DNA of 64,000 nt from the human T2T-CHM13v2.0 reference genome, Homo sapiens. Positions 1 through 15,083 of the stretch are shown piece after piece. Each line of letters starts with the position of its first letter. Positions within the stretch are counted from its first letter, which is position 1. Location: assembly GCF_009914755.1 (NCBI RefSeq), contig NC_060948.1; one strand, given 5' to 3'. Both the position numbers and the translations under genes were made by a program. The notes beneath the pieces are model-generated. The model saw only the letters and a list, made by a program, of their open reading frames with translations. It was not told the DNA's origin and did not search any database.

Positions 1-989
<989 letters not shown>

Positions 990-1241
990 GTGTGTGTCTG
1001 TATATATATATTATATATAATATATATAAAATTATACATATTATATAATATAAATTATATATATATTATATTATATTATAACATAATGTGTATTATATAT
1101 AATATAATTATATATAAATATATAATATATAATATAATATATAAATAATATACATTATAAAATATATATTTTATTTTATTTTTATATTGTGTAAATATAT
1201 ATTATATAAATACATATTATATTATATTTTATATATATATA
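990..1241. repeat. (GT)n followed by ~240-bp AT-rich (TA/TATAA)n low-complexity repeat in place of the L1 tail
   Basis: Direct reading: almost pure A/T. Confidence 0.95.
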
Positions 1242-1455
1242 ACAGCCTCTTACTCTTTCTGTGTGTGAAATGTGCAAGTAGCTTTACAGTCTAGGGACAG
1301 TTTTCATCCCTTTGCAGCGAAGATCCTCACTACCACTTCTCTGGTGACCACATATTTTTAATCCAACACTGCCACTTATTGGAAATGGAATTCCCTTACA
1401 TGAGGCACACTTTTCAAAGTGACATAGCAGCTTCCTTTTACACTGTGAGGAATCA

Positions 1456-4070
<2,615 letters not shown>

Positions 4071-4278
4071 AGAAATCAGGCTCTAGGCCACTTTTCAGAA
4101 CAGGAAATTTCTACTTTTAACAGTTAAATGTAAAATGTCTTCCGTGACCAGATTTTCTTCCTGATATATCCCATCAGTAGGAAAATGGACATTTGGCTTC
4201 TAAATGCTTTTGAGACACCTATTCTAAGCAGTATTTAAGTAGTACAGGAATTTTTATTTTGTAAGTTAATCAGAACTA

Positions 4279-4579
4279 TTTTTTTTGTTTTGTTTTTGAG
4301 ATGGAGTCTCACTCTTGTCACCCAGACTGGAGTGCAGTGGTGCGATGTTGGCTTACTGTAACTTCTGTCTCCTGGGTTCAAGTGATTCTCTTGCCTCAGC
4401 CTCCTGAGTAGCTAGGGTTACAGGGGCCAACCACCATGCCTGGTTAGTTTTTGTACTTTAGGTAGAGATGGGTTTCATCATGTTGGCCAGGCTGGTCTTG
4501 AACTCCTGACTTCAGTTGATCCAGCTACTTTGCCCTCCCAAAGTGCTGGAACTACAAGTGTGAGCCACTGGACCTGGCC
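4279..4579 (-). mobile_element. AluS (Sq/Sp-like) SINE
   Basis: T-tract then gagatggagtctcactcttgtc..gtgagccactggacctggcc; AACTA(T/C)TTTTT repeated on both flanks. Confidence 0.93.
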
Positions 4580-4729
4580 AATAACTACTTTTTTTAAGTG
4601 CAGTTCTAACCTGCCCAACAAAACAGGCAATAATAAACTACAGGTCTCCATCTTGTTTCACGTACTTCGGAAAGTGAACTGTAACCATGTGGCAACACCA
4701 TAGTCTCTGCCATTTTATAATGGTGGCTG

Positions 4730-5155
4730 TCTTCTTGTGCTAAGTCAGTTCCTTGGGGAGGGCCACAAAATCAGATAAGCCAGTTCATTAGTCTGGTGGT
4801 GTTACCTGATCCTTCACGGGCGGGGGTTTACAAGCTATCTTAAGTAATAATCTTGAGAGCAGTTTAGGGAGGGTTAAAATCTTGTAGCCTCCACCTGCAT
4901 GACTCATAAGGCATGGTTTCTAATCTTAAGGCTAGTTTCTTGGTCTGGTCCCCAGGCAAAATAAAAGTGTATCTTAAAAAGAGGCTGTTATCGTCTTTGT
5001 TGTAGTCTATAAATTGTAAACCAGGCTCCTTCCAAAGTTGCTGTAGCCTATGCTCAGAGGTGGAGAAGAATGGCTTGAGGGCTGCAAACAAGAGGGAATT
5101 GTTTGGGTTGGATGTGTTTCACTGTCTCAGTCACAATTTTTCAATGACAGTTTCA
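4730..5155 (-). mobile_element. LTR8-like partial LTR, antisense within the ERV internal sequence
   Basis: Reverse complement starts TGAAACTGTCATTGAAAAATTGTGACTGAGACAGTGAAA, resembling the recalled LTR8 5' end; no LTR 3' end seen. Confidence 0.6.
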
Positions 5156-5223
5156 AAAGCTGCCTATAGCTTCTTTAAAAATACCTGTACCCCTTGTGAC
5201 TTTTGTGGTTAAGTCACAACCTA

Positions 5224-5273
5224 ATTAAGGCTTGTCAGTTTCATTAAGGCTTGTCAGTTTCATTAAGGCTTGT
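5224..5273. repeat. 19-bp tandem repeat ATTAAGGCTTGTCAGTTTC x2.6
   Basis: Exact copies 5224-5242, 5243-5261, partial 5262-5273. Confidence 0.95.
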
Positions 5274-8200
5274 GAGGTTACTTTTTGTAAAGTTCAAAAT
5301 CTGAAAATCTTTGTTGCTTGGCATGGGTAAAGTTGAGTAACAAGGGATTTAACAGAATTTTCTTAAAGAATACTCAGCTTAATTAAAAGTGAATATTCAA
5401 ATTATAGCTATATTTAAAAGACCTTTATATTTTTCTCTTGGATCTTGTTTTTCTGGAAAAAGTCTGTTTTCTTCTCAGTCAACTGAATTATTTTTTCCAT
5501 TTTTGTCTTACCAATGAATGCATACATGAGAGGTCACAAGATAACTTCTCGTAACATGGGACTCCTTGGGAAAAACAGACGGTGCCACAGACACTGTTTT
5601 TGGAAAAAAAAATCTCTGTTTTCCTCAGAAAACCTCCAAAATTAGAAGAAGATAATTCCTTCAAAAAAATCAAAGGCTCTATTAAGCTTTGTGTTATTTA
5701 CCATTTAGAGTCTTGGGGGTACCAAATTACTTCACATTATGAAAGACTGGGGTGTGTAATAACTAGGTAGAAAATATACTTAAGAGATGGCTAATAGTAG
5801 TTATAAATCAGAGAAGCATGCTCTTGGCTACCTGAAAGACATGAAAAATATTTCCCACTAAGAGATGAGACTCCCATGGGGAAAGGGCTAATTATAAAAT
5901 AAACTGAGTGACTTTGGGTTGCCTTGCAATGAAATGCATGGTAGAGGGACTACACTGTCTTCTCCCATAGTATCTCCCACCTTTTGGGGACCTGAGATCC
6001 AGTATAAAATGACACCTTAATTTTAGGAATCTGCCTTTGTCTTCAGCTGAGCCTGCTTATCATGCCCTAAAAATGCGTATTATTTAGTTCCTTCCTCCAA
6101 GGGCTCCACCCTAAAGCCAGCAATTCAATTAAGAAGTTGTAAAATGAAAATTCTTACAATTGTTGAATCTTGTGTCTGTTTCTGTTGCTATATGTATGTT
6201 TTGTGTAATGTGTATTACAAAAAGCTCTAATTTATTGGTTTAGGGGAAAACAAGGACTTAAATTAAATATTTTTTAGTTCCTGTGAATTTAAGATACAAA
6301 AATGTTCTTCAGGATTATTGGTAAAATGCAAGTGTTGTCAAAATGCAAATAGGTGGTCTAAATCATGCAACTTAGATACTAGGTTTTCTAAATGTTCCAA
6401 AGTTGTATACTGCGTGCTTTACAAATAGATAAGGCCTAAGACACATGGAGCTAGATGTTGTAAATTCAGACATTATTAGCAATTCTGCCTGGGTCCTTGG
6501 AGCCAGAACTGGTACATAATTAAAATAGCTTACTAATCAGGTTTTTCACCAAAAACAAAAGTTGCTAAAGGTTAACAGTGCAACATGTATTTGAGATTAT
6601 GAAACAGTTTTACATGCAAGACATATAAAAAAGTAAAATTTGTTTTTTAGTAAATGATTATAAGAAAGCATGGAAATATAAATTTTTCCCTATGATGAGG
6701 AATTATGTTAAACTTGATGAAATAGAAGTAGATGTTTAAGCAAGTTACAGAAAGATTGTAAAACTAATCTTGCAAAAAATGTGTAAACATTAACTAAACA
6801 CAAAAGAGTATTATATGGTCTTTTCATAAATTGACCACTGAAAGAAAAGCACAGCAAGGAGATCTTAAGACACAGAATTTTCATGGCATACTAAAGGCTA
6901 ATGGAAGATTTTTGCCTTTTGAGTCATCATTTTGGCAAAATAAGTAATTTATCACAATCTGGAATTTTATTTCATAACATCAAGTGTCTTAAACTTCTAA
7001 CACTTAACAGGTGTCCCAATATAAAACTTCAAATTTCAAAATTGTCCTTCCTGATGCCTGGAATTTTGGGTTCTTCAGAGGGCCCAAGAAACATTCAGAA
7101 AAGAGATAAACAGTATTATTTGACATGTTTAGTCACATGAAATTGCCAAACAATTTCTAATCTTTAAGTTATATCTTCTTGAATAATACCAATACATGTT
7201 CTAAAATCATATGGGATTGTAAAATTATAATGTCTAAAATGATAATGTCTAAGTATATGCTCTCAATTTTAATTAAGAGTAAAGGTATTGTAAATCACAG
7301 AGATATATAAACATATTTGTCAGTCATGCTTTTAACTGTAAGTTTCCTGAAAATTTTGTCATTCATAGACAATTGTTGTCTTCCTTTGTTCCATCTTAAA
7401 AGATGGTTTATAATCAAGCTATATTAAGGACTTCAAGAGGTGTTCTCAAATGAAAGTTTTTATTAGTTTTGAAGATTGTAACATTGGAATAGAGAAAAAA
7501 ACTACAGGACTCATGAAGAACTGACATGTTTACAAATATCAAGCAAAGCAAGAGTTAACTAAATGGACTTTTAGTTTTTAAATGACATTTGCTGGGAATA
7601 TTGCTGACCCTTGTTTTGTTTTTCAGAGTCAAGGAAATTTATTTTGAACTGTTTATGGCCTTTAATAATTGAATAAGGGATACTCCTGTGAACAAAATTT
7701 GAAGCATGTTTTTTTTTCTTTGCCTGATTCCTCTAGAATTTGGAATCTGTGAGTACTCTTAACCTATGGCAATATAGTTTTTTGCATCAGAGCAATTAGA
7801 ATCCGTTTTTCCTTTTTCAACAGGACACTAGTGGAAAAACGGGTTATTTTACCAAGGCTTTGACTGAAAGGCCATACTGCCTTTCAAGGAATCAAGCTTT
7901 ATATGCAGAGCCAATAAAAGCCACTTGGGGAGAGCTGGCCTCATACCTTGTCTACACAGTGCCCACTTACGGTTTCTAATCTGTGTCAGTAAAGAAAGTC
8001 ACTTTCTAACACGTCCAGAATCTCCAAGTTTATCTTGGGAATCTCAAGAGGAAAGAATCACCCAACTCAGGTATTTGGGGATACAAACCCATGGCTGGAC
8101 TTGGCTTTAAACGTCTTTTCTGAGATTCCTGTGGAACAGAGGTCCACCAAAGCCAATCCAAAGGCCTATGAAGAAATAACCATTCTTGCCTCACTTCATG

Positions 8201-9111
8201 CAAAAAATCAGGCCAAGTATAAGATATAAAGTTCATTCTGCAAACAACAAACATGGTCCTATCATAATTTGTTTTTACCAAAAATGAAAACTGGAGAGAG
8301 AAATTGTGCTCCAAAACTTATACATTTGCCATTGAATCCTAGTATCATTCATTGTTTTCAAGTATTTGCCTATATTTTAGACTCACTCTACTTATTCCTG
8401 CTAATCAAGTGGTGATCTCCTGCAGGTTGGAAGAAACAAAAAGGGTTGGGTAATGTAAAAATCTGGATCAATATGCTAGTTCTTGGCAATTATACTCCAA
8501 ATTCTTCCAGGTAATGAAAGTGAGTAGGGTGCCAATAACCTGGAGGTTTTTTTGTTTGGGAAAATAAAACCAAGGAACTTCACAGTCAACAGTGGGAAAT
8601 TCAGTATCTTGGCAAGTAAAATTGTAGATGGAAATTATCTCCTACATCAAACTTGTGAGAATTGCTGTACTCACTTTCCTGTTTGCAATAGGGTTACAGG
8701 CATTTAAAGATCAAATCAAAATTATTGAAAGGCTAAGGGAAAATGCAGCCTTCAGCCCCTGATGGCTACAATCTCTCTTTAATGAATTTCAGTCTCTTTA
8801 TGAGATTGTTTACCCATTTGTTAATCCATCTCTTGCTTATATGTCTTATATTACTATATGAACCTGTGTGCTCAATACTATAACTTGAAATTGAATTGTC
8901 TCCTATCAACTAGAAGCAATCAAACTCTATCTGGTGCTGCAAACTGAACCACGTATGGACACACCATTCTTCTGAAGGTCCTTAGATCAGCCTCAGGGGG
9001 GTCCTAGCTGCTGTTCTCCATTCAACACCTCTTTCCAGCAGAAAGTAGTCAGAAAAAGTCATCTTCCCAAATCCCCTAACAGCAGTTAGCGTGATATCTT
9101 CATGGGAAAAA

Positions 9112-9669
9112 TGTTATAGAAGTTATTAAGAAATTATTTCAGGCAGAGATTGGGGAAAGAGGTCCTTGGGAAGTTTTTGATTCTTTTACAGCAGCTCCAG
9201 AAGCATTTCTTGTCTAGGAGGAAATCCCTGGCTCTTAGAGCTGGCTGGCAAGTTTTGATATGCAAATGTTGGCCATTAGAAACTGAGTCCACCCAAACAT
9301 GGTGATTCCTGCCATCTTCTTCTTGCCCTTGCCCCACATGTGCCTAGCAACATGGCACACCCCCGCATATCCCCACATGGGCAGAACATCATGGTGCCCT
9401 GCATTTGCATATTAAATTCTAGGGTGTGAAGGTCAATTTTTTTGCGGGCTTCATCAATAACAAGCCTGGTTAAACCAATATCCTGAGCCATATGCAAATC
9501 AGACACCACCTCCTTCACCCCTCTCATAGAAGAAGACACTTTTCTACCACAAATGGAGTTTTCTCTTTGTTTGAATCCCCATTCCTGTGTCCCTGTACAG
9601 GGCAGATGTTTTCTTCTTCCTTCCTTCTTTCTTGACTATTAAACTTTTCACTCCTTAAAACCACTGCAT
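9112..9669 (+). mobile_element. ERV1 3' LTR, PABL_A-like, 3'-truncated
   Basis: Starts TGTTATAGAAGTTATTAAGAAATTATTT; three octamer motifs; ATTAAA at ~9638; breaks before a CA terminus. Confidence 0.7.
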
Positions 9670-9670
9670 A

Positions 9671-9714
9671 TGATGGGGTGATGGGTGCAGTAAACGCCAT
9701 GGCACATGTATACC
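9671..9714 (+). mobile_element. Short L1 3'UTR fragment
   Basis: tgatgggtgcagtaaacgccatggcacatgtatacc matches L1 3'UTR (cf. 905-941). Confidence 0.8.
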
Positions 9715-10147
9715 TGTTAGCCCTCTGAGCAAAGCTAAGGCATCATATCTCCTGTGACCTGCATGTATACATCCAGATGGCCTGAATAAAGTGAAGAATC
9801 CCAGAAGAAGTGAAAATCGCTGGTTGCTGCCTTAACTGATGATATTCCACTATTGTGATTTGTTTCTGCCCCACTTCAACTGAGTGATTAACCTTGTGAA
9901 ATTCTTTCTCCTGGCTCAGAAGCTCCCCCATTGAGCACCTTGTGACCCCCGCCCCTTCCTGCAAGAGAAAAACCCCATTTGACTGTAATTTTCCATTACC
10001 CACCCAAATCCTACAAGACAGCCCCACCCCTGTCTCCCTTCACTGACTCTCTTTTCAAACTCAGCCCGCCTGCACCCAGGTGATTAAAAAGTTTTTTTGC
10101 TCACACAAAGCCTGTTTGGTGGTCTCTTCACATGGACGTGCATGACA
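9715..10147 (+). mobile_element. HERV-H 5' LTR (LTR7 family, LTR7B-like)
   Basis: TG..CA bounds; gtatacatccagatggcctgaa, gctcacacaaagcctgtttggtggtctcttcaca signature; followed by PBS. Confidence 0.93.
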
Positions 10148-10149
10148 TT

Positions 10150-10167
10150 TGGTGCAGAAACCTGGGA
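10150..10167 (+). promoter_or_regulatory. Retroviral primer-binding site, tRNA-Phe type
   Basis: TGGTGCAGAAACCTGGGA is 16/18 to TGGTGCCGAAACCCGGGA (complement of tRNA-Phe 3' end). Confidence 0.85.
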
Positions 10168-10680
10168 CAGGAGGACTCCTTCAGGATACCAGTCCCCTGT
10201 CCTTGCCCTCATTCGCTGAGGAGATCCGCCTATGACCTTGAGTCCTCAGACAAACAAGCCCAAGGGACTTCTCACCAATTTCAAATCAGGTAAGTGGTCT
10301 TTTCATTCTCTTCTCCAGCCTCTCTCACTACCTTTCAATCTCACCCTCTCACTACCCTTCAATCTCTCTCTCCTTCCAACTCCAGTTCTTTTTCCCCTCT
10401 AGTAGAGACAAAGGAGACACATTTTACCCATGGATGCAAAACTTCGGCACCAGTCATGGTGTTTAATCACTGTGGGGATGCTGGCCTAATTATTCACCCA
10501 CATTTCATTGGTGTCTGATCACCAGGGGATGTCTACCTTGGTCATTCACTCACATTCCCTTGGTGGCAAGTCAATTGCAGGGACGCCTACTTTGTTTGCT
10601 CACCCACATTGCAGACCAAGGCTGCTCACCACCCCCTTCTCTTTGTCTCTAACTTTCTATTTAAACTTACCTCCTTCATT

Positions 10681-12270
10681 ATGGGAAATCTTCTGCCCTC
10701 CATTCACCCATCTTCTCCCTTGGCCTGTGCTCTTAGAAACCTAAAACCTCTTCAACTCACACCTGACCTAAAACCTAAAAGCCTTATTTTCTTCTTCAAC
10801 ACCACTTGGCCCCAATACAAACTTGATAATGACTGCAAATGGCCAGAAAATGGCACTTTCAATTTCTCCATCCTATAAGACCCAGATAATTTTTGTCAAA
10901 AAACGGGCAAATGGTCTGAGATGCCTTACATCCAGGCATTTTTTTTTTTTACACTTCATTCCCTTCCTAGTCTCTGTTCCCAGTGCAACTCATCCCAAAT
11001 CCTCTTTCTTTCCCTCCCACCTGTCCCTTCAGTCCCAACCCCAAGCATCACTGAGTCTTTTGGATCTTCCTTTTCTACGGACCTCTCTGACCTCTCCCCT
11101 CCTCCCCAGGCTGCTCCTCACCAGACCAAGCCAGGTCCCAACTCCTCCTCATCCTCTGCTCCTCCTCCCTGTAATCCTTCTATCCCCTCCCATCCTCAAA
11201 CCCTGTCTGACTTACAGTTTTGTTCCGTGACTCTCCCCCACCTGCCCAACCATTTCCTCTTAGAGGGTTGGCTGGAGCTGAAGGCATAGTCAGGGTACGT
11301 GTGCCTTTTTCTCCATCAGACCACTCTCAGATCAGTCAGTGTTTAGGCTCTTTCTCATCAGACACCACTAAATATATATAGGAATTCTGATATCTAACTC
11401 TGTCCTACAATTTATCCTGGAGTGACTTAAATGTCATCGTAACTTCTACTCTCTTGCCAGATGAATGGGAAATAGTTTTTTTCTCTGACCCAATCTCATG
11501 TTGACAGCTGCTGGCTCCATGAGCCAGACCTCTGGGAAGGCATTAGAGCAGTTCACTGAGAGGATCCCTAACGGAACTATCAGATTCCCCAGGTATAGCT
11601 AGGTGAGATTACATGATTTCCTGCCTAGTTGAAAGGCTTAAAATGGCAGCTTACAAAGCTGTTAATTATGACAAGCTTAAAGAAACTACCCAAGGTAAAG
11701 ACAAAAATCCAGCCCTGTTCATGGCCCACTTAACAGCAACCCTTAGATGCTTTACCACGCTAGACCCAGAGGGGCCAGAAGGCTGCCTTATTCTTAATAT
11801 GCATTTTATCACCCAATCTGCTCTTGACATTAGGAAAAACCTCTGAAAATTGGATCCTGACCCTAAAATCCAACAATAGAACTTAATTACCCACATCTTT
11901 AAGGTGTGCAATGATAGAGAAGAGGCAGCCAAGTGACAACACATCTCTGAGTTACAGCTGCTTGCTTCTGCTGTAAGACAACCCACAACCAGGTGTCCAG
12001 TGTAGAAAAAATTCAGAACATCCAAGCCACAGCTCCCAGGTACTCCTTCAAAACCTCCACATGGACATTGCTTCAAATGGGAAAAACCTGGCCACTGGGC
12101 CTTAGAATGCCCATAGCCCAGGATTCCTCCTAAGCTGTGCCCTGTCTGTGCAGGCCCCCACTGGAGTGTGGACTGTCTGACTCACATTGCTGATGCTTCT
12201 AAAGCTCCTGGAGCCTAAACCCAAAATTCCTTGGCTGACTCTATCCCAGATTCCCTCAGCTTAGCAGCTG
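10681..12270 (+). pseudogene. gag: HERV-H gag, disrupted (MA, Pro-rich linker, CA, two NC zinc knuckles)
   Basis: MGNLLPSIHPSSPLAC..WPQYKLDN..WPENGTFNFSIL; MHR DKLKETTQGKDKNPALF; CFKWEKPGHWALEC and CPVCAGPHWSVDC; several stops/frameshifts. Confidence 0.9.
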
Positions 12271-12328
12271 AAGAATCACACTGCCCAATCACCTTGGAAG
12301 CCCCCGGACCATCACGGATGCTGAGCTT

Positions 12329-13670
12329 TTGGTAACTCTTACGGTGGAGGGTAAATCCATCCCCTATTTAATCGATACAGGGGCTACCCACTCCACATTA
12401 CCTTCTTTTCAAGGGTCTGTTTCCCTTGACCCCATAACTGTTGTGGGTGTAGACAACCAAGCTTCAAAACCCCTTAAAACTCCCCAACTCTTGTGCAGAC
12501 TTAGACAGCATTCTTCTATGCACTCTTTTTTAGTTATCCCCACCTGCCCAGTTCCCTTATTAGGCCAAGACATTTTAACCAAATTATCTGCTTCCCTGAT
12601 TATTCCTGGACTACAGCCACATCTCATTGCTACCCTTCTAGCCAAACCAAAGCCTCCTTCGTGTCTTCCTCTTGTACCCCCCGACCTTAACCTACAAGTG
12701 TGGGACACCTCCACTCCCTCTCTGGCAACCAATCACAGGCCCATTACTATCCCATTAAAACCTAATCACCCTTACCCAGCTCAATGCCAGGATCCCATCA
12801 CACAACAGGTTCTTAGGGGATTGAAGGCTGTTGTCTCTTGCCTGCTACAGCATGGGCTTCTAAAACCTAAAAAGTCTCCTTGCAATTCTTCCATTTTCCC
12901 TATTCAAAAACTGGACAAGTCTTACAGGTTATTTCAGGATTTGTGCCTTATCATCTAAATTGTTTTGCCTAACCACCCTGTGGTTCCCAACTCATACACT
13001 CTTTTGTCCTCAATATCTTCCTCCACAACTATTCCATTCTTGACCTTAAAGATGCGTTTTTTGCTATTCCCCTGCACCCGACATCCCAGCCTCTCTTTGC
13101 TTTTACCTGGACTGACCCTGACACCCCTCAGTCCCTCAGCTTACCTTGGCTGTATTGCCACAGGGTTTCAGGGATAGCCCTCATTACTTCAGCCAAGCTA
13201 TTTCTCATGATTTACTTTCTTTCCACCTATCTGCTTCTCACTTTATTCAATATATTGATGACCTCCTACTTTGTGGCCTCTCCTTTGAATATTCTTGATG
13301 GCAGTTCCACCAGGCCTAATCACCACTCACCAGAAAGGCAGGCTATGCCATAATATCTTCCACATCTATCATTGAGGCTACTGCTTTGCCCCCCTCTACT
13401 AGCTCTCAGAAAGCCAAACTCAATGCCTTAACTCAAGCCCTCACTCTTTCAAAGGGACTATGCATCAATATTTATACTGATTCTAAATATGCCTTACATA
13501 TCCTGCACCACCATGCTGTTATATGGGCAGAAAGAGGTTTTCTTACTATCTAGGGTCCTCCATTATTAATGTCTCCTCAATAAAAACTCTTCTCAAGCCC
13601 ACTTTACTTCCAAAGGAAGCTGCAGTCATTCACTGCAAGGGCCATCAAAAGGTATCAGATCCCATCATTC
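12329..13670 (+). pseudogene. pol: HERV-H pro-pol, disrupted and internally deleted (protease, RT core, RNase H; integrase absent)
   Basis: LIDTGA protease motif; [16 protein letters not shown] and YIDD (13251-13262); jump to DGSS RNase H at ~13295; HCKGHQ at ~13631. Confidence 0.9.
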
Positions 13671-14030
13671 TGTACTCTTCAATAGAATGAAGGGTATACA
13701 TCCCTTCATTCTATTAAGTCTAGTCATCCTTGCCCTACTTTTTGCAACAGGGCTTTACACAGTCACTCCCACTATTTGGAATGCACCCCAAAAACTTGTC
13801 ATCCCTAATATCTTCTGTCTAGTCATACTCCTATTCACCATTCTCAACTACCCATAAGTGCCCAGCCCTTGTTTACACTGCCAGTTTACAGTTTCTCCAA
13901 GCCATCACAGCTGATATCTCCTGGTGCTGTCCCCAAACTGCGACTCTTAACTCCCTTATAGAGTGGATAGATGATCTTTGCTGGCAGGGCACCCTCCAAT
14001 ACTTTCACCCTGATGAAGTTCTATTATTTG
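13671..14030 (+). mobile_element. HERV-H post-pol/pre-env internal segment; env and 3' LTR missing
   Basis: ctatcttctgtctagtcatactcctattcacc-like and ccaatactttcaccctgatgaag blocks of HERV-H. Confidence 0.75.
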
Positions 14031-14437
14031 CTTGAGCTGAGTTTTTGCTTACTGTTCACCACTGCTGTTTGCTGCCATCACACATCCACCACTGACTTCC
14101 ATCCCTCCAGATCTGGTGGGGTGTCCACTGTGCTTCTGTTCCAGTGAGGCATCCATTGCCACTCTGAATCAGGCTAAAGGCTTGCCATTGTTCCTGCATG
14201 GCTAAGTGCTTGGGTACATCCTAATCAAGCTGAGCACTAGTCACTGGGTTCCATGGTTCTCTTCTGTGACCCATGGCTTCTAATAGAGCTATAACACTCA
14301 CCACGTGGCCCAAGATTCCATTCCTTGTAGTCTGTGAGGCCAAGTACCCCAGGTCAGAGAACACAAGGCTTGCCACCACCTTGGAAGTGGCCCGCCACCA
14401 TCTTGGGAGCTCTGGGAGGAAGGAAGCCCCAGTAACA
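14030..14437 (+). mobile_element. LTR17 (HERV-W LTR) 3' portion (U5 side)
   Basis: ggctaaaggcttgccattgttcctgcatggctaagtgc..gtgacccatggcttctaatagagctataacactcacc..ends gtaaca; no PBS follows. Confidence 0.88.
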
Positions 14438-15044
14438 GTGGGCTTGGTTTTACAGTTTATAACCCTATGGTAAATCATAGTATTCTGCAGGAATAAACAT
14501 AAGGCCACTTGGTTTAAAAAAAAAATGCTAGCAAAATGCTAATAATTTTTAAGACATTGCTAATACTATTTTACCAATAATTTTAAAGCCACTTTATTTA
14601 TTAAATATTTTGCTTAAGTCACATAAACTTGAAAAATCATTTGACTAGACTTCCTTTAAATATCTGATTTAAGCACTTTTTTAAAGCCAACTAACTACAG
14701 CTGTTTTATATATTTTTAGTAGTGAAATACTGTGTATACAACACATAAATGCATAGATTTATTTAGGCATGCTGATAAAATACATCTTAGATTTATAAAG
14801 ACTTCTTTTCTTCCTTTTTTCCTATCTTAGACTTTCAAATTGTTGATAACATGTTGCATCACCCTAGGCAGTTGTCAGCTAAATAGTACTGCATTTGCAT
14901 ATTAAAGAAATCAACTCAGGTGAATGTCAGATAGCAAAATTTACATCATAAGGTGGGGGAGAAAAAGTTTGGTGTGCTAGAGGGAAATTAAATTGGATTT
15001 AACTGCCAGCTGAACATAAAACTGTAGAAATTATTAAAAACCTT

Positions 15045-15083
<39 letters not shown>

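Noticed and set aside
12329-12958. 209-aa protease ORF as a functional gene
   Set aside because: No ATG start; normally made by gag read-through, and gag and RT are disrupted
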